The notes under the pieces: generated by a model | Databases searched by the model: none | Told to the model about the DNA's origin: nothing | What the model saw: the letters and a program-made list of their open reading frames with translations, nothing else | Origin: Octopus bimaculoides | Lineage: Eukaryota | Length of the DNA stretch: 64,000 nucleotides | Direction of reading: 5' to 3' | Assembly (NCBI RefSeq): GCF_001194135.2 | Contig: NC_068986.1 | Coordinates: forward strand, 77,033,239 to 77,097,238 | Part shown: positions 54,796 through 64,000 of the stretch, piece after piece | Position numbering within the stretch: the first letter of the stretch is position 1 | Layout: every line of letters starts with the position of its first letter | Made by a program: the position numbers and the translations under genes

Positions 54796-57700
54796 GACAT
54801 ACTTAAGACTTAATTGTGATCCGCTTGTGATACAGAGAATCGGGAGCCCTTTTGGGCATTCTATCTTCCTTGCTGGAAGGGTTCCCACCTCATGGGCAAA
54901 GAGGGGTTAAGATGATGGGGGTGGTGTTTTCAAAGGGCTGGCATGTGTAACCTGATCACCTCTGCTGATCAAACTCCCAACCCATGCGTTTCTGTCGCGA
55001 CACTGATTCTGCCCAAATTTGTCGTCAATGTTACTTAGTTTGGTTTGAAATAAAGAACTTGATTAGCTTAATAATCCTAACTTAATCCCGAGCAAAGCTG
55101 GGCTATACTGCTAGTATGTGATATTTTCCAAAAATTATTTGCTTAAACAAGTGGTTCTCAAGCATTTTTTTACCTATGGACCCCTTCAATTCCTATTTTA
55201 CTCTGGTGGATCCCTCATAGCCCCTTAATGTCTAAAAATTAGTTTTATAGATACTGTTTTCAAAATTTCCTATTTTGTTCACACATCATCAACTTGTGTA
55301 GGTTGAATTATATAAAACATAAGAGAAAGAAACCTAATTGTTTCTTGCTATGCATACATCTAAATCAAAATTTTTTCATGGACCCTTACTATATTACTAT
55401 GTGTACCCAATTTACAATTTTGCATGCATGATCCCCTGTTGAACATCACTGGCTAAAACCAACATATCCTCAGTTCCNNNNNNNNNNNNNNNNNNNNNNN
55501 NNNNNNNNNNNNNNNNNNNNNNNNNNNNNNNNNNNNNNNNNNNNNNNNNNNNNNNNNNNNNNNNNNNNNNNNNNNNNNNNNNNNNNTCCATATCAGTCTT
55601 ATGTTTCATTTCCATCATTTCTACCATATGTAAATCAATAGCTTCATTAGGTTGCTGGATTGCAAGAACAGCATCAACAATTTGCTGGAAAATAAACATT
55701 GACAAGAAAAATATCAATACTAACAAGAGGACTGAAGTAGATTTTCTATGGTTAATATACATATAATTACACTATGGAACAAATAAACCCAACCATTACA
55801 GATTTACATAATTCAAATTTTTGTTCTTTAGAAGGTAACACTGTAGTGAACAGCCCCTTTCACCTAAATGACTGAAATTATTTCAGATTGCTTTCTCAAA
55901 TTATAAATGTGGAAGTAGAGAATGCAAAAATCTTGTGGATATTGTGTTGCAACTAAGCAGATATCAAAATTGTGAAAGTTGACTATTTCTGGATGACATA
56001 TAGACAGTATAGTGAAATGATTATTGGTGACATACAAAATTTGAGCACTTCATGTGTAGAAGTGGTTAATCTGCTCTAGAGAGATGAGTAAGAGGTGAGA
56101 GGTGAGCTATGCCTTTTGCTATTCCCAGTCTATGAAGAGAATAAAAAAAAAATCACCACTATAATTTATTTCTACATGTATGGGTCTATGTTAGAAACTA
56201 GTCATATATCATCCAGACTAAAAGATTAAAGGACTACTAAATGCCAGACAGCAAATTTGATATTAATGAAAATGTGATACTGCGAAGGCACGAATAGTTT
56301 GTTTACTACGGACACATGCTTGAAGAGGGGATCTGAAGTTGCTTGTCTTTATGTTTGGTGTGCAGGTTGGGTATATAAAATATTCCTTTGTTTACTGAGA
56401 CAACAAGATTTACAAAGAAGGCTAAATGTTGTCAGTTTGAAAAAGTTTTGTTACTTCATATAAAATTGGGATTGATATTTTAGCGTGTAAAGAAATTTTT
56501 CTGCTTTATGTTTCCAAAGATCTCTGATGGCAAGCTCAAGGGTGGTATATTTTTTGAACTTCAAGTAAATGCAATGATGAAATCAGAACTTGGAAGAAGA
56601 AGGAGCAAAGTTGAAATGGTAATTTGGCATGCATTTTGCAGGGTAATTCATGGAGTTATAAGGATTCACAAAGCTCCTAACTACAGAGTTTTGATGACAG
56701 TGCTTACTGAAAATTATAATTACATAAGATGCCACACATCTACATCCCTTAGTATTCAGACTAATGCTTATTCATTGATACTGTCTTGAATTATTCATAC
56801 ATTATCTTGTAGCTTGGAGATGTCAATGATGTGATTGCTTATTTTTAGAATGAAATCGTAAGGTAGGTTTGAGAGGCCAGGTCTGACCAGTTTGAACATA
56901 CAATAGGTAGAATATTCAAACCGAATATGATTGGTTTAAATGATAACGGGTTAAAATGCATTTATTTCGTTTGCATTATTATTTATTATCAAATTTTTTT
57001 TTTTTTTTTTGTATGGAAAAGTATGACAGTGATAAGTACAATGAAAACGTTCACCAAAATATTGGATGTAAAAGAACCGAAACTGATGGGATACTGTTCT
57101 GATGGAAGACTATGATCTCTGTTAAGATAAAGTGCTTACAAAATGAAAGTGAACTCAAAGCAAGTTTGATTTTTAATTTTCAACACTTCCATATCTTCAG
57201 AATTTGTCAATTGTTTTCTCTAAGCCTTTCATTATTATTCTGCCAGAAACAGATTGAAAATTTTTGCTTTATAATATCAAACAGCCCTAAACCACTTAAA
57301 GTAACTCATTAATAGTTAAATGAGAATGTCAATATGAATCTTGTTACTACTTTCATGAAAACATGGTTTCACTAGATAAACAATTAAGTGCCCAACTTTT
57401 TTGGCATGGTATTTGTATTCTCTGGTTATTTTGGGGTATGTTTTATTCCCATTCTTATAATTACAATATCTAACATTCTATGACTAATAAAGAAAAGTGT
57501 ACCACTTTCATATTCACAATTAATGATTCAGACTGAAAGGCTTTTAAAAGAAAATGCAGAAAAATCAAATAGAATATGCAACAAGTGTAACTACATGCAT
57601 GATGGAGAACTGACAATTTCATTTCTGGTTGTGACTGTATATGGAGTGATATTGGTAATGATAATGCAAGTGAAGAGCTTCTACTATAAACAGAATAGTG

Positions 57701-60700
57701 TTAGGATTTTCTAGGTATTTTTTCTTAAAGACTTTTCAAAAGTGAAAGGATCCAGCTACAATCTGTCTGGTATCCTGCATGCCAGGATACCAGACATTTT
57801 ATTTTATTTTATTGTAGGCATTAGAAAGCTGCCCAGGATCATTGACTACTGGAGTATGGATGAATCCCTTGGTCACTGGTATGTTTCCTGTATCATGAGG
57901 CAAACAAGGTTTTAGAAACTATGTTAATATTTGTATGAGACACTAGCAGTGTACCAATACATGGCGAAAGAAAATTATGATCCCTAATTTTCTATTTTCC
58001 ATCCACTCGTTCTGAACACAAATGAAAATAGCACCCTTGTGAACCTTAATTACAATAGTTACATGGGTGGTGTAGACTGGATGAGTAAAATGATGAACTA
58101 TTATCCAGTTGTTGGACTGAGGGATAAGTGGTTCTGGTGACTGGTTAAGTATGTAGTAAATATCAATATCATGTGTGTTTTACTATAATCCAAACTGGGA
58201 AGGCTATAAGTGATGCAACCATCTGCAGTTCCAAGCAAATGCAACCAAGTAATTGAGAGCAGGATAAAGAGCAAAAGCCAACCAGAAGGATGGCTATCCC
58301 TCAGAATTCATCTGATCTCCATAAATAGGAGAAGGAGGACAAATCAGTTGTAACAAAAAACAAAAAACTGTGCTGTGAAAGCTAACATTAGAAAAGGAAA
58401 ATTCTAAGAGGATGGTCAACTAAAACAACTTTCCAATGTGCATTTCTGCAGAATTGCCTGATATAGAGTGGATGCTTTACAAGTTTTCATTACAGAAGAA
58501 ATTTGCATATATGTACGATTTGATTTATAAACTAAATTTAACAAATTTACCTCATATCTTCTAAAATTTTATTTGCCTGTAAGGTGAGTGAAACATTGTG
58601 TGCGTGTCATTATGTATTCTTTTTCTGTTTTACACTGCGGCCATGCTGGAGCACCACCTTAAACGGTTTTAGTCAAAGAAATCGATCCCAGGACTCATTC
58701 TTTGTAAGCCTAGTACTTATTCTATCGGTCTCTTTTGCTGAACTGCTAATTTATGAGGACATAAACACAGCAACATCAGTTGTCAAGCAATGGTGGAGGG
58801 TCAAACACAGACACAGACTAATATGTATTCAATGGGCTTCTTTCAGTTTCCATCTACCAAATCCACTCAAAAGGCTTTAGTTGGCCCAAAGTTATAAAAG
58901 AAGACACTTGCCCAAGAACCATGTGTTTGGGAAGCAAGCTTGCCCAGAACCACGTGTTTGGGAAGCAAGCTTGCCCAGAACCACGTGTTTGGGAAGCAAG
59001 CTTGCCCAGAACCATGTGTTTGGGAAGCAAGCTTGCCCAGAACCATGTGTTTGGGAAGCAAGCTTGCCCAGAACCATGTGTTTGGGAAGCAAGCTTGCCC
59101 AGAACCATGTGTTTGGGAAGCAAGCTTGCCCAGAACCATGTGTTTGGGAAGCAAGCTTGCCCAGAACCATGTGTTTGGGAAGCAAGCTTGCCCAGAACCA
59201 TGTGTTTGGGAAGTAAGCTTGCCCAGAACCATGTGTTTGGGAAGCAAGCTTATTACCACACAGCTATGCGCACCTATGTAAGATATTCATTTTGTAATAT
59301 TCTTTAAACATCATCATCATCATTTAATATCCACTATCCTATACCTGCATGAGTCAGACAGATAACTTCTAATCTTTCTAGTCTTAGCATTATGGTAAAC
59401 CTTTTTTATGGATATTTTAGTTCAATTGAAAATTAACTAACGAGCACAATTCTTCCATATGAAAATGTTGTATACCCAACTGATTAGCTAATAACTCTTT
59501 TTCTATGGTGATACTTAAAATTCAAATAATTTTAAATTCCATTTGCTTTGAGAGAAAAAATTTGATTTACATTTATTTTAAGAACCTTTTGTGTTACCAA
59601 AATCACATTCATATGACAACAAGCAAAAATGTAATAGTTGCTTCATGAAACCCATCTAAATTCATAACTAGAATTTCATTAAAGTGGGTGTGTTTTAGAT
59701 AGAAATATAAGTAACAAATAGAGTTAAATTTATTGTAAAATTTTGATGAAATTAGGAAACTGATTTCTCTCATAAAAAGGAATAGAAATGAAACCTACAC
59801 TAAGACATAGGTGAAGGTTACACTCCATAAAAAATAACTACAAAATTGAAATATTTCTGAAAATATTGATCAAAGGCATAAACTAAGAACTGAGTTCAGC
59901 ACCAAAAACTTCATAAAACTATTTGCACTGACTGGAATTTTACAATAAATTTGACATTACTTTCAGTATTGAGTCCCCAATCTGTAAATATTCCTTTATT
60001 AACCCTTTTGTTACTGTTTTTATTTTGAGATGCCGTTTAATTACTTTAAATATAACAAAGAATTTAGTAAAACAAATTAGTTATCATTCAACTAGTGTTA
60101 GGAACATAAATTGTGACTAAGGTTTGGTGAGGATTTTAATTCAAAACTTATGAAAACAAGACATTTGTATTCAGAATCAGAGCCAATTTCAGCCAGGTTG
60201 GTAATGAAAGGGTTAAACTTGATTTAAAATAAACTCAATTTAACAATCATAAATACAACAAAAGTTTCACTTAAAACTTGTGTAAATCAGTTGAAATGTT
60301 TTAATACAGATGATTTTTTAAATCAAACCATGAAAATAAGTTAGTATAAATTAAGAAAGAACAAAACATTAAAATACTTAAATGCATTATAATATCTTTA
60401 AATTTTAAGAGAGAAAATGATTTAGTTAAACCAAAATAAAATACTCAAAGTACAACAAAATAAGTTAAGACATGCAATATATGATATATTAAAAGAAGTG
60501 AGATGAAAGTAGTTTTATAGCTTTGAAGTTTAACTTACTTCAGCTAGATTGGCAGCTAGTTTATGATGAAGCTTGGTAAAAAGAGAAGTCCTAGCCACTT
60601 CGATGAGAGTGCTACGATCAATTTCTTTCACTACTTTCACTTCCTCTAAGACCTGTAAGGGTAAAAAGGACAAAAAGTTAAGATCATACAACAAAACAAA

Positions 60701-63601
60701 GTAACCCTCTCACAAATACCTATCTCATCAATCAACATGAAAACTAAAAGACTGAATGCTTTAAAACACGATTAAATCATTGTTTCATCATCATCATAAT
60801 GTAATTTTCCCTGCTTGCATGGGTCAGGTGGAATTCATTAAGGCAAATTTTCTACAACCAGATGCCCTTCTTATTACCAACCCCAACCTGTTTTGCAGCA
60901 AGGTAATATTTCCTCATAACCATGTATGACAAGAAACAAAGGATACTGTTTCTGTAATGGTGATACTCATTTTAGAACTATCACACCATATCAAAATGTA
61001 AAAAGGGCGAAAGGGTAAAGACCCCCTTTGGTCATGAATGACCATGGGACTGCACCTAGAAAGTTATCCTCTGAGGCACAAGTCCGGGCAAGGTTGTTTT
61101 TGGAAGACCAGCAGTTGCCCATGCATACCAGCCTCCCCTCTCCATGTCACCAAATTTATCCAAGGGAAAGACAAAGGCTGATACAGCTTGGCACCAGTGA
61201 TGTTTCAACCCACTTCTACAGCCGAGTGAACTGGAGCAACATGAAATAAAGTGTCTCACTCAAGAACACAACACAGCCTGGCCCAGAAATCAAACTCACT
61301 ATCTCATGATCAAGAGCCCAATGCTCTAACCACTGAGCCATATACATGTGCGCACAATCTCTCTCTCTAGAGAGAGATAGAGAGAGAGATATGCAAAAAA
61401 AAACGAGCTTCTTTCAGTTTCTGTTTACTAAATCCACTGACAAGATTTTGGTTAATCTGGACTATAAAACAAGACACTTTTCTCAAGGTGTCATACAAGG
61501 AGACTGGAATTAAGTGGTGGGAAATAAACTTAATTACAGAGCCATGCTTGCACCCAATGCTAAAATACATGTATAGTGTGGAATATTGCAGTGTCCCTGA
61601 AAGTGAGTTCCAAGAAAAAATTCTGCAGTTATCAAAGAGGCTTTTAATAAAATTTGATTAAAATATTTTATAAAAAAAAATTGGTATTCACTATTTCAAA
61701 TGTCTGAATATATATTTTAACTTAATGTAACATGAAAGCTTACATTAAATGAAAAAATTATCTTTAAAATGATTTAAAAATTGATCGCTACAAAATTAAA
61801 CAAACACTATCTATGGAATAGAATCAACCCCTGCTCTTTTGATAGGGTGTATAGATACAGACAGGAAAAACCTTAATTCAAAATAAAATCTGAATATCTG
61901 CAGCATATTCATTGAAAAATAAAAATAAATAAATGTTGGGAAAGGTAAAAGCTGCCAGAAGGATATCCATAATTTAATCAGTTACCTTAAAATGGTGGGA
62001 CAAATCAAGTTGCGAAAAAATCTGTGCCTAAATTCAGAGAACTTAGAAATGGAAAGCTCTCAGTGGTTGGTCAGTTTAAATGACTTTCCAATGTGCACTC
62101 TGCAAGACTGCATAATGTACAGTGGGATACTTTACAAGTTTCTATGACAAGATTATTGTATAATTTGATTTTGTTAAAATATTTATTTACCTCATTTTTA
62201 TTTAGGTTATCTGCACTTTTGATTAATTTATATTTGTGAATCATTACTGTTTGTTTATGGGTACAATTTTGTTTCATATGTGTATGAATATTTCATTTTG
62301 TTGTTTTCTACAAATGTAAATTCTGATTATTTCATTCTATTTTTCATCTTTATGGTATACCTGTTTATGTACATTTTAGTTAAACTGAAAATTCAATGTG
62401 CATAGTTTTTCTAAATGAAGATGTCATTGCATACCAGGCAGAATATTAGCTAATTACTCAACTTCTACAGTGATGTTTGGACAAAATTATAAATTTTACT
62501 TTAATGTATTTATCTGTAATTAGATTTGTTTTAAGATGAAGTATGTAACAGATTTAAGAACCTTTTGTTAAATTGTATTTCAAAAACCACAAACATCTAC
62601 TAAAACAGTTGTTTTAAGAAACAAGTCTAAATTCATTATTGGAATTTTAACCGAAACACACTGGGTATATTTTAATTAAAAATATAGCAAAAGAATGGTT
62701 AAGTTGCTACTTATCTCCAATATATTTTTTGATACACATGTGTTCAACAAAATAATTTTGGACATTTCTAAGAATATTCAAATATTTACCTCTAATGCTT
62801 TTTTCTTTGCCAAATTAAATCCCTCTGTAATGTGCCTGGGATGAAGGCCCTGAAAAAGTGAAATTAAACAAATTAGATTATCTGTAGAAATCAATTATTA
62901 TTTCAGTAATAATTATCAACAGCAGGGTCAATAACATTATCTGATTTTTTTTTTCAAAAGATTATTTTAAGAATAGCAGCTAACACTATTCTAAAAATAA
63001 ATTTTTAGATATCAACTAAAAAATAAAATATTCAAGAAATTTGTATAAAACTGCAGAAAGATTGTTAGCAACAGTAATAACAAGATCTCTTTAGAGTCTC
63101 AGATCATAGAAAATGACATTTTAGAGGCTTCCAAGATAATTTGCTAGGAATGGGAAGAAAAAAAAAAAAAAAAAAAAAAAAAACTAGTTTCAAATGCCCC
63201 AAGAAATATCTAAAAATCAAGATATTCTGCATTGAAAACATGAAGCATTAAAATTTCAAAGTCACAAAAGTTGAATAACAGCACAAATGAAATGTGTGAA
63301 GCCATTTTAGCAGAATCATTTTTGTGATAATGTTTCTACTGCAATAACAAAGTTTTATCAAATTAATTAACGAAATAAACGAATTTTGAAATTCATTTTT
63401 CTACTAAATTTATTCATTAGGTTAGACCTAATGGACTTCATACTGTGAGCATGATTTGTTACTTACCTCTGAAATGTAGAGCTCAGCTTGTTTAAGAAGT
63501 TCTCCAATAAGAAGGACATTCGAAGTGGTCCCATCTCCTGTAACATCATCCTGGGCTGTGGCTGCCCGAGCAATTAAAGAAGCTGTAGGATGTTGAATTT
63601 G
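42226..63601 (-). CDS. CCT6: T-complex protein 1 subunit zeta (CCT6), 13 coding exons in window; 5' exons outside window
   Basis: Spliced translation contains [52 protein letters not shown]...[12 protein letters not shown] and [14 protein letters not shown]. All visible junctions are GT-AG and in phase. Confidence 0.97.
42590..42662 (-). CDS. CCT6: CCT6 exon ([23 protein letters not shown]), 73 nt
   Basis: TTGCAG|GT ... TG|GTAAGT. Confidence 0.94.
44647..44790 (-). CDS. CCT6: CCT6 exon ([47 protein letters not shown]), 144 nt
   Basis: CTAACAG|GT ... G|GTGAGA, phase 1-1. Confidence 0.95.
44992..45208. mobile_element. TTAA-flanked MITE family 1 (217 bp); partial copies at 15349-15457 and ~56790-56954
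   Basis: TTAA|CCCTTTAGCATT ... AATGCTAAAGTG|TTAA. Confidence 0.8.
45266..45358 (-). CDS. CCT6: CCT6 exon ([30 protein letters not shown]), 93 nt
   Basis: TTTACAAG|GC ... G|GTAAGT, phase 1-1. Confidence 0.95.
45855..46130 (-). repeat. Dispersed RTE-tail-like repeat (GGCTGGATGCCCTTCC..AAC motif); related pieces at ~43310-43500, 44400-44620, 45400-45700, 49490-49650, 53650-53730, 60790-60990
   Basis: Recurrent CATCATCAT..TTTAA..CCATGCTGGCATGGGTTGGA and GGATGCCCTTCC motifs. Confidence 0.65.
46947..47163. mobile_element. TTAA-flanked MITE family 2 (217 bp)
   Basis: TTAA|CCCTTTT ... AAAAAGGG|TTAA. Confidence 0.8.
47199..47346 (-). CDS. CCT6: CCT6 exon ([49 protein letters not shown]), 148 nt
   Basis: ATTAG|GGT ... 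G|GTGAGT. Confidence 0.96.
47570..48050 (+). mobile_element. Deleted mariner relic
   Basis: Fragments [27 protein letters not shown]...TINGEY and FHQDNAPAH; TIR-like GAGAGTAGGCTGAAAATTTC at the left. Confidence 0.75.
48740..48836 (-). CDS. CCT6: CCT6 exon ([32 protein letters not shown]), 97 nt
   Basis: TTCTTTCAG|G ... CTG|GTATGT. Confidence 0.95.
49000..49082 (-). CDS. CCT6: CCT6 exon ([28 protein letters not shown]), 83 nt
   Basis: TTTTTTAG|GGC ... AG|GTAACA. Confidence 0.95.
51432..51644. mobile_element. TTAA-flanked MITE family 2, reverse orientation (213 bp)
   Basis: TTAA|CCCTTTT ... AAAATGG|TTAA; internal similarity to the reverse complement of 46947-47163. Confidence 0.75.
52207..52366 (-). 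CDS. CCT6: CCT6 exon ([10 protein letters not shown]...FVVLNQK), 160 nt
   Basis: TTTTAG|A ... AAG|GTAAGT; matches ORF 52192..52380. Confidence 0.96.
52580..52690 (-). CDS. CCT6: CCT6 exon ([37 protein letters not shown]), 111 nt
   Basis: CTTCCAG|A ... AC|GTAAGT, phase 2-2. Confidence 0.96.
54347..55114 (+). mobile_element. Non-autonomous Helitron, ~768 bp, in a CCT6 intron
   Basis: A|TC start followed by TGTATATATAAAAGG; 3' hairpin CCCGAGCAAAGCTGGG, 8 nt, then CTAG|T; no TSD. Confidence 0.75.
55149..55451. mobile_element. hAT-type MITE, same family as 40245-40472, opposite orientation
   Basis: TSD GCTTAAAC / GCTAAAAC (7/8); termini AAGTGGTTCTCAA / TTGAACATCACTG; shares the CTATGGACCCC and ATAGCC internal motifs. 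Confidence 0.75.
55587..55684 (-). CDS. CCT6: CCT6 exon ([32 protein letters not shown]...), 3' end in N gap
   Basis: TTTTCCAG|CAA acceptor; the reading frame runs into the gap at 55478-55586, so the donor is not visible. Confidence 0.9.
56310..56790 (+). mobile_element. DNA transposase relic (Chapaev-3/CMC-like by recalled motifs)
   Basis: [40 protein letters not shown]...KAPNY. The superfamily name is from memory. Confidence 0.6.
57810..58500 (+). mobile_element. piggyBac transposase relic; related 3' fragment at ~62060-62150
   Basis: [30 protein letters not shown]...KWFW, and a KTTFQC Cys-rich tail. Confidence 0.8.
58907..59251. repeat. 31-bp tandem array, 11 near-identical units, inside a family C SINE head
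   Basis: Unit CTTGCCCAGAACCATGTGTTTGGGAAGCAAG, exact 31-nt period from 58921 to 59231. Confidence 0.95.
60003..60212. mobile_element. TTAA-flanked MITE family 2-like (210 bp)
   Basis: TTAA|CCCTTTTGTTAC ... GTAATGAAAGGG|TTAA. Confidence 0.78.
60539..60652 (-). CDS. CCT6: CCT6 exon ([38 protein letters not shown]), 114 nt
   Basis: TTACAG|GTC ... GAA|GTAAGT, phase 0-0. Confidence 0.93.
62790..62849 (-). CDS. CCT6: CCT6 exon ([20 protein letters not shown]), 60 nt
   Basis: TTTTTCAG|GGC ... GAG|GTAAAT; too short for the ORF track, found by reading. Confidence 0.93.
63467..63601 (-). CDS. CCT6: CCT6 exon (QIQHPTASL...ELYISE), 135 nt
   Basis: TTTTATAG|CAA ... GAG|GTAAGT; contains the GDGTTS ATP-binding motif. 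Confidence 0.96.
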
Positions 63602-64000
63602 CTATAAAAAAAAAAAAAGAAAAAAACATTAAAGAAAAAGAGAAAAGAATTTAGTGATTAGGTTGCAGATAACAATTTTCACATTTTATAATATAATATA
63701 CTAATATATAAACAAAAATAAATCTAATGGTGTGAATGAGTGCATTTATCATATTTATCATGCCACATTGTATTTCAGTTTCAATATCACAGATCAGGTC
63801 ACTTGTGAAAGGAAATCTTAAACTGTCTTTACATTACTTAATAAAAAGTGAATTATAAAATAAAAAGAACTTTGATTTTCAGTTTTCTGCATGTAAAATA
63901 AAAAAAAAAAAAAGCTATTTTGTAATGCAATAGAGGCAAGCACGGCTGTGTGGTTAAGAAGTTTGCTTTTCAACTATGCTGTTTTGGATCCTTTCCATCA

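Noticed and set aside
57810-57960. Candidate H/ACA snoRNA on the CCT6 strand (human CCT6A hosts H/ACA snoRNAs, as recalled)
   Set aside because: The hairpins are unconvincing and the + strand translates to piggyBac transposase motifs. I found no credible snoRNA in any CCT6 intron by eye; an Rfam/Infernal scan is needed to exclude one.
58907-59251. CRISPR-like array (palindromic repeats at a regular period)
   Set aside because: The intervening sequence is identical between units, so there are no unique spacers. There are no cas genes, and the unit derives from a SINE head.

Overview
AT-rich, microsatellite- and SINE-dense animal genomic DNA with several N gaps. The repeat families look octopus/coleoid-like; this is inference only. 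Two spliced host genes converge. (1) A complete 3-exon, 172-aa four-TM claudin/PMP22-like gene on + (1193-21463) with a 17.3-kb first intron. (2) The last 13 coding exons of chaperonin CCT6 (TCP-1 zeta) on - (42226-63601); its 5' exons lie beyond the window. All exon junctions were read by eye and are phase-consistent, except one CCT6 donor that falls in a gap. The rest is transposon-derived: a HERO-like RLE element, a near full-length Tx1/L1-like LINE and an R4/Dong-like 3' fragment sharing one (ATT)n microsatellite, CR1 and RTE relics, mariner, piggyBac, hAT and Chapaev-like relics, a non-autonomous Helitron, and three SINE families. The best leads are the microsatellite-nested retroelements, a CpG-depletion boundary near 38-41 kb, unusual CCT6 substitutions, a 31-bp array born from a SINE head, and mosaic SINEs. 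No prokaryotic-type system (CRISPR etc.) is supported. TE family assignments come from remembered motifs, not database searches.
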